Below are positions 16,224 to 26,446 of a DNA stretch of 32,000 bases, piece after piece; the first letter of the stretch is position 1; every line of letters starts with the position of its first letter. Position numbers and translations under genes: made by a program. The stretch is from NCBI GenBank assembly GCA_963718585.1, contig OY970357.1, forward strand, positions 780,001-812,000, read 5' to 3'. The notes beneath the pieces are model-generated. The model had not been told where the DNA came from and did no database searches. It saw only the letters and a list, made by a program, of their open reading frames with translations. This stretch comes from Candidatus Saccharimonadota bacterium. GTDB lineage: Bacteria > Patescibacteriota > Patescibacteriia > 2-12-FULL-60-25.

Positions 16224-17198
16224 CTACGGTGTCGTGCTCGTGGTCGACGTCGTCGTAAAGATCTGAAAATACTGCGTCGGCAGGAACGCCCCCGCATCCA
16301 ACAAATTCACCTGCGGAATGATCTCCGTCTTCGTGATACTCGGTAGGTTCTCGAACCACACGACCTGAACGGGACGCTTCTCCCCAGGTGAGACCTTATC
16401 CAACGTGATCTTGTTGATCGCGACGATCGAGTTCCCTCGATACAGCCGAAGGATGAGATCCAGCCCCCAGTATCCGTATCCGCTGTGATTATCCAATGTG
16501 AAAGAGGTCTGCCCGACGCGTTTGTTCCCGATCTGGATGTCTGTGTCGTATTTCAGATCATCGAAGGTCACGTCCAGACGCTTCTGCGCATACTCCGAAT
16601 ACGGACCCTGCACTTGCGTCGGATCCAAGCGATGCCATCGGACATTATCGACGACGAGGGTGGCCGTCCGTCCGCCTTTCTGCGTCGGCGTCCAGCCAAG
16701 TTCCGTGATGATCTGCTTACTCGATGGGAGGACATAGCCCTTCTGCATCGGCGTCAGCTCTCCGGAGACATTGAAACGATAGTTGAACTCGACCCACCAG
16801 TGATCATTCGGATTCGTGACTTCGACGGACATATCGAGCCGGCTGTCTGTCGTCGTGTAGACCGAAACATTCGAGGTCGACAGATTCTGTGGCATCTCCG
16901 TTTGCAACGAAGCGAGCAACTGCTGATTCACCGCGATGTCATGCGTGATACGCGACTCGCGCGGATACGAGATCGCATAGGCATCAAGGATGCCCCAGAG
17001 GCTGTATCCCCAAAACAGGGCCGCAAGACCAATAAGCGTCCCATACCCGATCCGACGCAAAAGAGCGCCGTTGCGTACCCAAAAAGATGCAGCCTTGAGC
17101 TCGCCTTTGGTGAATCCGCTGATCCGTATCTCCTCCGGCATGCGAATAGTGTACCACGCGTCCGTGCCCTTGAACGAACGGGCCCGCACGGCTACCAT
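16224..17198 (-). CDS. Hypothetical single-pass membrane protein with a large extracytoplasmic domain
   Basis: The track ORF (to 17393) runs across the gyrB start. I start at ATG 17198, with AGGA 7 nt upstream; ATG 17141 is an alternative. A TM reads IGYGTLIGLAALFWGYSLWGIL. The protein ends in TTTSTTSTTP. No family recognised. Confidence 0.7.
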   Translation of the reverse strand: MVAVRARSFKGTDAWYTIRMPEEIRISGFTKGELKAASFWVRNGALLRRIGYGTLIGLAALFWGYSLWGILDAYAISYPRESRITHDIAVNQQLLASLQTEMPQNLSTSNVSVYTTTDSRLDMSVEVTNPNDHWWVEFNYRFNVSGELTPMQKGYVLPSSKQIITELGWTPTQKGGRTATLVVDNVRWHRLDPTQVQGPYSEYAQKRLDVTFDDLKYDTDIQIGNKRVGQTSFTLDNHSGYGYWGLDLILRLYRGNSIVAINKITLDKVSPGEKRPVQVVWFENLPSITKTEIIPQVNLLDAGAFLPTQYFQIFTTTSTTSTTP

Positions 17199-17211
17199 CC
17201 CCCCATCCTGA

Positions 17212-19269
<2,058 letters not shown>

Positions 19270-19271
19270 AG

Positions 19272-19949
19272 ATGGACGTCATCATTCTGGCCGCGGGTCG
19301 TGGCACGCGTTTGCGTCCCTTGACCGACACGACCCCAAAACCGCTGATCCCGGTCGCAGGAAAAGGGACGCTTCTGCACACGCTCGACGCGCTCCCCGAC
19401 ACCATCGACCGGGTCATTCTGGTCGTGAATCATCTCCAAGAACAGATCCGCGATACGGTCGGTGACGCATGGAAAGACCGGCCGGTCACATACACCGTCC
19501 ACGATGCCCTCGATGGCACGGGTGGCGGCGTACGGCTCGTGCGGCCGCACCTCACTTCCGAACGATTCATGGTCTTGAATGGTGACGACGTATACGGCCC
19601 GGATGATCTGCGACGACTTTCCCATCTGGTACGCGGCGTGCTCGTGAAGACGCAAACCCTCACGAAAGAATCCGACACCTGGGTCGTTGAAGACAACCGT
19701 CTGACGAGCCAGGCCATCCGACCTTCCGGTGAGATCGGAGCGGTGAATACCGGTGCGTACCTCCTTGGAGGTGAGTGGTTCGACACGGAACCCGTCCTCG
19801 TCCCCGGCAAGACGGATGAATGGAGTCTGCCGCATGCGCTCCCTCAAATCTTGGATCAACGGATCTATCACGCACTCGAAGCCGAAACCTGGCTCCCCTG
19901 CGGCACGCCGGAAGAACTCGCATCGGCAGAAAAGGCGCTTGGCGCATGA
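19272..19949 (+). CDS. Sugar-phosphate nucleotidyltransferase family protein
   Basis: MDVIILAAGRGTRLRPLTDTTPKPLIPVAGK is the NTP_transferase signature. The gene starts 2 nt after the gyrB stop. Confidence 0.8.
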   Translation: MDVIILAAGRGTRLRPLTDTTPKPLIPVAGKGTLLHTLDALPDTIDRVILVVNHLQEQIRDTVGDAWKDRPVTYTVHDALDGTGGGVRLVRPHLTSERFMVLNGDDVYGPDDLRRLSHLVRGVLVKTQTLTKESDTWVVEDNRLTSQAIRPSGEIGAVNTGAYLLGGEWFDTEPVLVPGKTDEWSLPHALPQILDQRIYHALEAETWLPCGTPEELASAEKALGA

Positions 19950-19962
19950 ATCCGCACAGGCC

Positions 19963-19991
19963 TTGCCAATCCCCTCTTTTCCTGCTATTCT
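19963..19991 (+). promoter_or_regulatory. Sigma-70-like promoter upstream of secE
   Basis: TTGCCA, 17 nt, TATTCT. The -10 ends 40 nt before the secE ATG. Confidence 0.4.
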
Positions 19992-20031
19992 CCCGCCATT
20001 GGCCCTAGGAGGGGCTTTTTAAAAAGATCTT

Positions 20032-20433
20032 ATGAATCCCCTGCAACGCGTCACGGAATACCTCCGTTCTTCGATCGCCGAACTCAAGAAGGTCACCTGG
20101 CCCACACGCGACCAGACCATCCGCTACAGCGCCCTTGTCATCGGCGTGAGTGTTCTCGCGGGCGCGTTCTTCGCAGGCCTGGATTACGGGTTCACGAAGT
20201 TGTTTGACTACACGCTGACATTCCGACCGCAGTTGACCCAGCCGACGACGACGCCGACAGATCAGCCGATCGCCTCAGGCACCGTCCCGATCCAAGCGAC
20301 CCCGGCTGACACCGCCCAACCCGCGACCCCGGCCGACTCGTCCAGCAACAACCCGCAGATCAATTTCGATCAGGTCCAACCGATCACCACCCCGGCCGAC
20401 GGGGCGACCCCGGCTGGAAACACGGGGAACTAA
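20032..20433 (+). CDS. secE: Preprotein translocase subunit SecE with a long low-complexity C-terminal extension
   Basis: ELKKVTWPTRDQTIRYSALVIGVSVLAGAFFAGLDYGF is the SecE core, and the gene sits immediately upstream of nusG. About 70 extra T/P/Q/A-rich residues follow the TM. Confidence 0.8.
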   Translation: MNPLQRVTEYLRSSIAELKKVTWPTRDQTIRYSALVIGVSVLAGAFFAGLDYGFTKLFDYTLTFRPQLTQPTTTPTDQPIASGTVPIQATPADTAQPATPADSSSNNPQINFDQVQPITTPADGATPAGNTGN

Positions 20434-20444
20434 CGCGCAACGCT

Positions 20445-20993
20445 ATGCCTAAGCAAACCATTGACTACGGTCGCCGATGGTACGCCATCCACACGTACTC
20501 CGGATATGAGGAGAACGTCGAGGAGAACCTGAATCGCCGTATCAACACCATGGGCATGCAGGACAAGATCTTCGGCGTGCTCGTACCGACGGAAAAGAAG
20601 ATCAAGATAAAGAACGGCAAACGGAAGATGGTCGAAGAGAAGATCTACCCCGGTTACGTCCTCGTAGAGATGCTCGTGACGGACGACTCTTGGTATGTGG
20701 TCCGCAACACACCGAACGTGACGGGCTTCATCGGGACAGGAACGACCCCGACCCCGCTTGCGGATGCCGAGGTCCAGACGATCATGAAGAAGATGTCCGC
20801 CGGTGAAGAGACGCAGTACTCCATCGACATCCAGGTCGGGATGCCCGTTCGTATCGGCGACGGCCCATTCAAAGGATTCGACGGAAAGGTCAGCGAAGTG
20901 GACGGCGCCCGCGGCAAAGTGAAGGTCCTCGTGTCCATGTTCGGCCGCGAGACCCCGCTGGAACTGGACTTTACGCAAGTGAAACGGGTATAA
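20445..20993 (+). CDS. nusG: Transcription termination/antitermination factor NusG
   Basis: NGN domain [15 protein letters not shown]; KOW motif [19 protein letters not shown]. Confidence 0.95.
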   Translation: MPKQTIDYGRRWYAIHTYSGYEENVEENLNRRINTMGMQDKIFGVLVPTEKKIKIKNGKRKMVEEKIYPGYVLVEMLVTDDSWYVVRNTPNVTGFIGTGTTPTPLADAEVQTIMKKMSAGEETQYSIDIQVGMPVRIGDGPFKGFDGKVSEVDGARGKVKVLVSMFGRETPLELDFTQVKRV

Positions 20994-21084
20994 GGAAGGC
21001 GACGCTCGTCCGCGTCTCCAGAGCGATGCGCTTCTCGTCACTCTGGAACACGTAGACGAATCACCAATCACGACTCTTAAACGT

Positions 21085-21507
21085 ATGGCAAAGAAGGTAA
21101 AAACCCTCATCAAACTCCAGATCCCGGGAGGCGGTGCCAACCCGGCACCTCCGGTCGGGACCATGCTCGGTCCGCAGGGATTGAACATCGCCGAGTTCTG
21201 CAAACGCTTCAACGATGCGACACAGGACCGTCGCGGCGAGGTCGTTCCGTGCATCCTGACGGTGTACGAGGATCGGACCTACGACTTCATCCTCAAGACC
21301 GCCCCGGTCGCCGAGATGCTCAAGAAGGCTGCAGGGATCCAAAAGGGATCCGCGAAGCCGCTCCAAGAGAAGGTCGGGAAGGTCACGACAGCGCAGATCC
21401 GCGAGATCGCGGAGAAGAAGTTGCCAGACCTCAACTGCCACACGGTCGAAGCGGCCATGAAGCAGGTCGAAGGTACGGCCAAGAACATGGGACTGACGGT
21501 CGAATGA
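21085..21507 (+). CDS. rplK: 50S ribosomal protein L11
   Basis: 140 aa. [34 protein letters not shown] is the L11 signature. Confidence 0.95.
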   Translation: MAKKVKTLIKLQIPGGGANPAPPVGTMLGPQGLNIAEFCKRFNDATQDRRGEVVPCILTVYEDRTYDFILKTAPVAEMLKKAAGIQKGSAKPLQEKVGKVTTAQIREIAEKKLPDLNCHTVEAAMKQVEGTAKNMGLTVE

Positions 21508-21530
21508 CACCGATCCGGCATTGACCATTC

Positions 21531-21558
21531 AAACGCCCGCTTTGCGGGCGTTTGTGTT
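21531..21558 (+). terminator. Rho-independent terminator after rplK
   Basis: AAACGCCCGC-ttt-GCGGGCGTTT followed by GTGTT. Confidence 0.6.
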
Positions 21559-21563
21559 AGACT
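21555..21563 (+). promoter_or_regulatory. Extended -10 element (TGtTAGACT) 8 nt upstream of ATG 21572
   Basis: Read directly from the sequence. It overlaps the tail of the rplK terminator. Confidence 0.3.
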
Positions 21564-21571
21564 TTTCCCAT

Positions 21572-22477
21572 ATGCCAGACGCTCCATCCTCGAACCCGTC
21601 CCCGCAGAGCAACACCGGTCCACAGCCGGTGCCGCATGCCCCGATCGCTCCGAAGCCTCCCGTCCCCTCATCGCCCGGAGCTCCGGTGGCGGCGACCCCG
21701 CCAAAACCCATGGAACCCGCGCTAACACAGACCGAGGGATCCAAGGTACCAAACACACCCCCGGCCGCCCCGCCGCCGGAAACACCGAAGCCTCCCGCAC
21801 CTCCGACGACACCAGCCAGCCCGTCGACGTCCGCACCCGCAGAACCAGCGAAACCGACGCCCTCCGTACCGGCGGCCAGCGGCGAAGCGGCAAAGCCGCT
21901 TCCACCGTCATCCCGCACCCATTGGTTGATCGGCGCACTCGTGATCATCGCGGCCATCCTGGTCCTGCTTGTCCTCGGCGTCCTGCTGTACCCGCGTCTC
22001 CACACACTCCAACAGCAACCCACGCCAACGACCACGCCGGTCATAGATCAGGCCGGAACGGTTCCCACCACGGCCACGGTCCCGGTCATCGGAGGCGGTA
22101 CCCCGACGACACCAAACGCAACAACGACCACGACATCGACACCCGCTGCACCGGCGCCGGTGATCCATCAGCTTGGACAGACCGTTGAACTGACGGACGA
22201 TCAGGTCGCTATCTTTGCCGGACATCCACCGCAACAGAACATCGAATTCCGGATCGTCGAGTTCTTCGATTCCCGATGCCCCATGGGGGTCCGTTGCGAC
22301 TGGCCGGGCGAACTTGGTGTGAAACTCAACGTCCGCGATGTGGCCGCCAATGAATCTGCTGACATCTACCTCGGACCCAGTCAGGCAAAGACGTTCACCG
22401 CCTACGGTGTAACGGTCGAACTGAATCAGATCACCGAACGCAAGGGTGGAGATGTCGTCACCTTCACGGTCCGCTAA
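21572..22477 (+). CDS. Proline-rich single-pass membrane protein with a small C-terminal Cys-containing domain
   Basis: The track start, TTG 21521, lies upstream of and reads through the terminator hairpin (21531..21558); the first ATG is 21572. About 125 P/A/T/S-rich residues come first, then the TM WLIGALVIIAAILVLLVLGVLLY and a T/P linker. The C-terminal domain contains FFDSRCPMGVRCDWPGELGV. Confidence 0.7.
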   Translation: MPDAPSSNPSPQSNTGPQPVPHAPIAPKPPVPSSPGAPVAATPPKPMEPALTQTEGSKVPNTPPAAPPPETPKPPAPPTTPASPSTSAPAEPAKPTPSVPAASGEAAKPLPPSSRTHWLIGALVIIAAILVLLVLGVLLYPRLHTLQQQPTPTTTPVIDQAGTVPTTATVPVIGGGTPTTPNATTTTTSTPAAPAPVIHQLGQTVELTDDQVAIFAGHPPQQNIEFRIVEFFDSRCPMGVRCDWPGELGVKLNVRDVAANESADIYLGPSQAKTFTAYGVTVELNQITERKGGDVVTFTVR

Positions 22478-22754
22478 GCCGCACGACGGCATCCAGACCC
22501 CGTTCGCCCAGCGGGTGTACGCAGTGGTGGCACAGATCCCGGAAGGGTCGGTCTTGAGTTATACGGACGTCGCCAGCCGTGCCGGCCGGCCCAAGGCCGC
22601 TCGTGCCGTCGGGAACATTTTGAATAAGAATCGCGATCCGCGCGTCCCCTGCCATCGCGTGATCCGTTCCGATGGATCCGTGGGGGGCTATGCCTGGGGC
22701 CATGCGAAAAAGCAAAAGATCCTAAAGCAGGAAGGCGCATTGCGAACGCGTTGA
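22446..22754 (+). CDS. MGMT-family alkyltransferase (single C-terminal-type domain)
   Basis: The PCHRVI active-site motif and YTDVASRAGRPKAARAVGNIL are present. GTG 22446 or ATG 22452 overlaps the upstream gene by 26-32 nt. The stop overlaps the track start of the next ORF. Confidence 0.8.
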   Translation: MEMSSPSRSAKPHDGIQTPFAQRVYAVVAQIPEGSVLSYTDVASRAGRPKAARAVGNILNKNRDPRVPCHRVIRSDGSVGGYAWGHAKKQKILKQEGALRTR

Positions 22755-22816
22755 CCGCTCGGACGCACTCCCGTAAGGTGGCTCGGTTCATCGTCCCTTC
22801 CACCACAGGAGTAAAC

Positions 22817-23659
22817 ATGAAAGCGACCGCAAAAGACCGCATCATTGTCGCCATCGACGTGGACGAACCGGGGAAAGCCGTAGACCTTGTCGAGAGACTC
22901 GCTCCGCACGTCGGAGCGTTCAAGCTCGGTTTCGAATTCTTCACGGCGACCCTCATTCGCCTCGCGACCTCAGCGTGGGAACCTGCGCTCACGGAGCTCA
23001 ACACGCTCCAACGTCTGTTCACGCTGCTCGGGGTGAACGTATTCTGGGATGGAAAATTCCTGGACATCCCGAACACGGTCGCCGGCGCGTCCAAACAGGT
23101 CGCGAGCCTCGGGCTCCTGATGTTCGACGTCCACTGCACCGGCGGACCCAAGATGATGCGCAAAGCGCGCGAAGCCGCAGACGAGATGGCCAAGACCTCA
23201 CCGACCGGTACGCGCTCACTCGTCTTCGGCGTCACCCTGCTTACGAGCCTCGACTATGACGACCTCGTCCTCATGGGCGTCATGCCCCCACTGGACGACG
23301 CGAAGACGAAGGACCTCGAACAGAAGGTCAAAGCCAACCGGATCCGCAGCTATGTCCGAAAGCTCGCGCTCCTCGCTCGAGAGAGCGGATTGGACGGTGT
23401 CATCGCATCTCCGCAGGAGATCAAGGCGATCCGCGACGCCTGCGGGCCCGCATTCAAGATCGCGACGCCCGGCGTCCGGCCGGCTGGAGCGGACGCGGGT
23501 GACCAGAAGCGCGTCATGACCCCGGGCGAAGCCATCCGGGTCGGCGCGGACTACCTCGTCATCGGCCGACCGATCCGAAACGCACCCGACCCGGTCGAAG
23601 CCGCTCAACGGATCGCAGAAGAGATCGACCAAGTCCTCGCCACCACGGAGGTCGCATGA
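22817..23659 (+). CDS. pyrF: Orotidine 5'-phosphate decarboxylase
   Basis: IIVAIDVDEP, FKLGFEFF, GKFLDIPNTV and a C-terminal ...LVIGRPI are present. I prefer ATG 22817, with AGGAG 5 nt upstream, over the track start 22751. Confidence 0.88.
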   Translation: MKATAKDRIIVAIDVDEPGKAVDLVERLAPHVGAFKLGFEFFTATLIRLATSAWEPALTELNTLQRLFTLLGVNVFWDGKFLDIPNTVAGASKQVASLGLLMFDVHCTGGPKMMRKAREAADEMAKTSPTGTRSLVFGVTLLTSLDYDDLVLMGVMPPLDDAKTKDLEQKVKANRIRSYVRKLALLARESGLDGVIASPQEIKAIRDACGPAFKIATPGVRPAGADAGDQKRVMTPGEAIRVGADYLVIGRPIRNAPDPVEAAQRIAEEIDQVLATTEVA

Positions 23660-24312
23660 CGCCGGAACAGGAAAAGCTTGCGCGCACGCTCTTCGAGATC
23701 GGCGCTGTGAAATTCGGTGCGTTCAAACTGAAGAGTCACGAGAAGGATCCGACCGCACCTCTCTCACCGATCTACCTCGACCTCCGGACGCCGGAGAACA
23801 AGGGCGGTCCGCTCACGCAGCCGATCCTCAACATGATCGGGAACGAGTTCAAACGACTCGTCGAACGATCCCGGATCCCCTACGCGAAGGTGTCAGGCAT
23901 CCCGCACGCGGGCGAACCACTTGCCGGCGCATTCCTGGACGCGATCCAGGACCCGCTCATCGGCGCGATCATGATGGAGAAGATCGAGGGCCCGGATGGC
24001 CGACGGATCGGAAAGGTCCTCAATGGCGCGGACCGAACAAACGATCGCGTCCTCTTGTTCGATGATCTGATCACCAAAGCCGACTCCAAGCTCGAAGCCG
24101 TGGCCTCGCTCGAAAAAAGCGGGTTCACGGTCCGGGATGTCGTCGTGGTCGTGGACCGCGAACAGGGCGGAAACCGACAGCTCGATGCCCACGGGATCCT
24201 GCTCCATGCGGTCTTCCGTCTCTCCGAACTCATGGAGCTCTATGTGGCACATGGCATGATCCCCGCAGAAAAGCGGGATGAAGTGACCACCTACCTCACC
24301 CTACAGCAGTGA
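23656..24312 (+). CDS. pyrE: Orotate phosphoribosyltransferase
   Basis: LFEIGAVKFGAFKLKSH..SPIYLDLR and the PRPP-binding loop RVLLFDDLITKADS are present. The start overlaps the pyrF stop (ATGA). Confidence 0.85.
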   Translation: MTPEQEKLARTLFEIGAVKFGAFKLKSHEKDPTAPLSPIYLDLRTPENKGGPLTQPILNMIGNEFKRLVERSRIPYAKVSGIPHAGEPLAGAFLDAIQDPLIGAIMMEKIEGPDGRRIGKVLNGADRTNDRVLLFDDLITKADSKLEAVASLEKSGFTVRDVVVVVDREQGGNRQLDAHGILLHAVFRLSELMELYVAHGMIPAEKRDEVTTYLTLQQ

Positions 24313-24316
24313 ATCT

Positions 24317-24347
24317 CCCCGCCGCCCTTCTTGCGGCGGGTTTTTTG
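24317..24347 (+). terminator. Rho-independent terminator after pyrE
   Basis: CCCGCCGC-ccttctt-GCGGCGGG followed by TTTTTT. Confidence 0.7.
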
Positions 24348-24352
24348 TATCC

Positions 24353-24381
24353 TTGACCGTTCGGGGATTTTCCGGTAGATT
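24353..24381 (+). promoter_or_regulatory. Sigma-70-like promoter for rplA
   Basis: TTGACC, 17 nt, TAGATT. The roughly 55-nt leader contains the hairpin GGTCC-gcaca-GGACC (24407..24421). Confidence 0.45.
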
Positions 24382-24440
24382 GCGGCCATCAATCTTAACC
24401 GTGGGAGGTCCGCACAGGACCGTCCGCACCACAGTACGAT

Positions 24441-25130
24441 ATGGCGCATTCCAAGCGTTACACCGAGCTCAAAAAGCTCGTAGACCCGAAAAAGGCCTAC
24501 CCGATCGCGGAGGCCATTGAGCTCGCCAAGCAGACCGCTTCGACGAAGTTCGACAATTCCGTCGAGATCCACATGAACCTGGGGATCGATGTCAAAAAGA
24601 GCGATCAGCAGGTCCGCGCGACCATGGTGCTCCCCCACTCTGTGGGAAAGAGCAAGAGGATCGCCGCGTTCGTCCCTGCCGATAAGGAGAAGGATGCAAA
24701 GGCCGCAGGTGCCGAGCTCATCGGCGCCGAAGAGCTGATCGATGAGATCGTAAAGACCGGGAAGGCGGACTTCGACGTCGCAGTCGCGACACCGGACATG
24801 ATGCCGAAGCTCGCGAAGATCGCGAAGATCCTCGGACCGCGCGGCCTCATGCCGAATCCGAAGACCGAGACGGTCGGACCGAATGTGTCCAAGATGATCG
24901 AGGAGCTCAAGCGCGGAAAGGTCACGATCAAGAATGATGCGACCGGCAACGTGCATCAAGCGATCGGCAAGGTCTCGCACGATGCGAAGGCGCTCACCGA
25001 GAACTTCGAGGCCGTCGTCAACGCGATCCGCAAAGCCAAACCTTCGGCCGCGAAAGGGACCTATATCAAGAACGTGGTCCTCACCACGACCATGGGTCCG
25101 GCGATCAAGGTCGAGGTCAGCGGCGCCTGA
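24441..25130 (+). CDS. rplA: 50S ribosomal protein L1
   Basis: 229 aa. KRYTELKKLVD, FDNSVEIHMNLGIDVKKSDQQVR, GPRGLMPNPK and other L1 patterns are present. Confidence 0.95.
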   Translation: MAHSKRYTELKKLVDPKKAYPIAEAIELAKQTASTKFDNSVEIHMNLGIDVKKSDQQVRATMVLPHSVGKSKRIAAFVPADKEKDAKAAGAELIGAEELIDEIVKTGKADFDVAVATPDMMPKLAKIAKILGPRGLMPNPKTETVGPNVSKMIEELKRGKVTIKNDATGNVHQAIGKVSHDAKALTENFEAVVNAIRKAKPSAAKGTYIKNVVLTTTMGPAIKVEVSGA

Positions 25131-25147
25131 TCTGAAAAAAAAGAAAG

Positions 25148-25170
25148 GACGGGCTACGGCCCGTCTTTTC
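25148..25170 (+). terminator. Rho-independent terminator after rplA
   Basis: GACGGGC-tacg-GCCCGTC followed by TTTT. Confidence 0.65.
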
Positions 25171-25176
25171 GTAAAT

Positions 25177-25203
25177 AAAAAACCCCGTCGAAAGACGCCG
25201 GGG
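25177..25203 (-). terminator. Candidate terminator for the minus-strand gene 25227..25778
   Basis: Minus-strand RNA CCCC(GGC)GUC-UUUC-GAC GGGG forms a bulged stem followed by UUUUUUAUUU. Confidence 0.4.
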
Positions 25204-25226
25204 TGATGTCGGAGGAGGAGAGCCTG

Positions 25227-25778
25227 TCAGACGCGAAAGACCTCCTCACTCAACGGGACCGTTTTGACGGGGGCTTGTTTCTCCTCGAGATAGAACGTGA
25301 TCATGGCCTTCAAGAAGGCTTCCACCTCCTCGAAGGTATACGAGAGCTCCGCCAGACGTGTCGCCGAGTCACAGGGGTCGGGCGCGAGGACCTCCGCCTC
25401 CCAACCCTCCGGGAGAAGCCGGTAGACCTGTCGGCCTTCCAGCTCTTCAAGCTCGTCAAGAAGAAAGGTCACGCCGATCTCGACATACGGGAGCTTGTCG
25501 TCACGCGGCTCGTCCTTTCGCTCGTTCGGAATGAACGCGTAGTACGACGGGATGGAAAGGAGGAGATGAAACGTGATCCTCACATGTTCAGCCCCATCCT
25601 CAAGCTGTTCGGCGATGAAGCTGTCCTCACAGGCAAGCGCTCCCTCCGCCCTCTGCAGTTCCCGAAGCCCCGGCGGCAACGCGTTACGCAGCGTCCCGAA
25701 GGCCTCGAGACAAGCTGCGGCATGTGTTGCGAACCGCGTAAATCGCTCTTTGACCTCTACCAGACCTTCCTCTTCCAT
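25227..25778 (-). CDS. Hypothetical acidic cytoplasmic protein
   Basis: 183 aa and strongly acidic. GGAGGG lies 4 nt upstream of the ATG. Third-position GC bias favours this frame over the overlapping plus-strand ORF 25203..26027. No family recognised. Confidence 0.65.
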   Translation of the reverse strand: MEEEGLVEVKERFTRFATHAAACLEAFGTLRNALPPGLRELQRAEGALACEDSFIAEQLEDGAEHVRITFHLLLSIPSYYAFIPNERKDEPRDDKLPYVEIGVTFLLDELEELEGRQVYRLLPEGWEAEVLAPDPCDSATRLAELSYTFEEVEAFLKAMITFYLEEKQAPVKTVPLSEEVFRV

Positions 25779-25807
25779 GATCCCTCCAAGGTGCAGATGA
25801 CCGGCCC

Positions 25808-25836
25808 GTTGTACGTCTCTCCGGCCATGTTGTCAA
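25808..25836 (-). promoter_or_regulatory. Sigma-70-like promoter for the acidic protein gene
   Basis: The minus strand reads TTGACA, 17 nt, TACAAC. Its -35 overlaps the -35 of the divergent plus-strand promoter. Confidence 0.4.
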
Positions 25837-25858
25837 CGCGTGGGTCGGGGGGTAGGCT
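25830..25858 (+). promoter_or_regulatory. Sigma-70-like promoter for the kinase operon (leaderless-type)
   Basis: TTGTCA, 17 nt, TAGGCT. It is followed directly by ATGGCCATG (ATGs at 25859 and 25865). Confidence 0.4.
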
Positions 25859-26431
25859 ATGGCCATGTCAAAGCTCATCATCGGTCTTGTCGGCCGCCAA
25901 GGATCTGGCAAAGGGACCGCGGCCAAGTACCTCCAAGAACACTACGGTGCCGAACTGTTCCGCTTTAGCGCCATCCTCGGCGACATCCTCAAACGCCTCG
26001 CCATCGAAAAATCACGCGACCATCTGATCACCCTTTCCGAATCATTGCGCAACGGCTTCGGCGAAGACGTCTTGGCCTATGCGATCGAGAACGATGCCCT
26101 GAGTGCAACCTCGGATCTCGTGGTGATCGACGGCGTCCGTCGGATCGAGGATCTTACGGCCTTGGAACCCCTCCCTCAATTCAAGCTCATCGAGATCGCC
26201 GCGCCGGCCAAGGTCCGGTATGAGCGGCTGACGGGACGCGGCGAAAAAGCCGATGAGATGCAGATGACATGGGGGGATTTCGCGGCTCTCGAAGAAGCAT
26301 CGACGGAAGTCACGATCCCTGCCGTGGCTGCACGAGCCTGGAAGTCCGTGGACAATAGCGGAACAACGGAAGACCTGATCACGAAGCTTGATACGTTGAT
26401 GTCCGAGCTTGGGGTCGGACCGAAAAACTGA
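25859..26431 (+). CDS. P-loop nucleotide/nucleoside kinase-like protein (CoaE/dNMP-kinase-like)
   Basis: Walker A motif GLVGRQGSGKGT. VVIDGVRR, the size (~190 aa) and the layout fit small NMP-kinase-fold enzymes. The substrate cannot be inferred. The start may be ATG 25865. Confidence 0.8.
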   Translation: MAMSKLIIGLVGRQGSGKGTAAKYLQEHYGAELFRFSAILGDILKRLAIEKSRDHLITLSESLRNGFGEDVLAYAIENDALSATSDLVVIDGVRRIEDLTALEPLPQFKLIEIAAPAKVRYERLTGRGEKADEMQMTWGDFAALEEASTEVTIPAVAARAWKSVDNSGTTEDLITKLDTLMSELGVGPKN

Positions 26432-26446
26432 TACTGTTGAGCCAAT

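Noticed and set aside
25203-26027. 274-aa plus-strand ORF
   Set aside because: It overlaps the acidic protein gene in antisense and the kinase gene out of frame. It would also read through the promoter region. The minus-strand frame has the better RBS and third-position GC bias.
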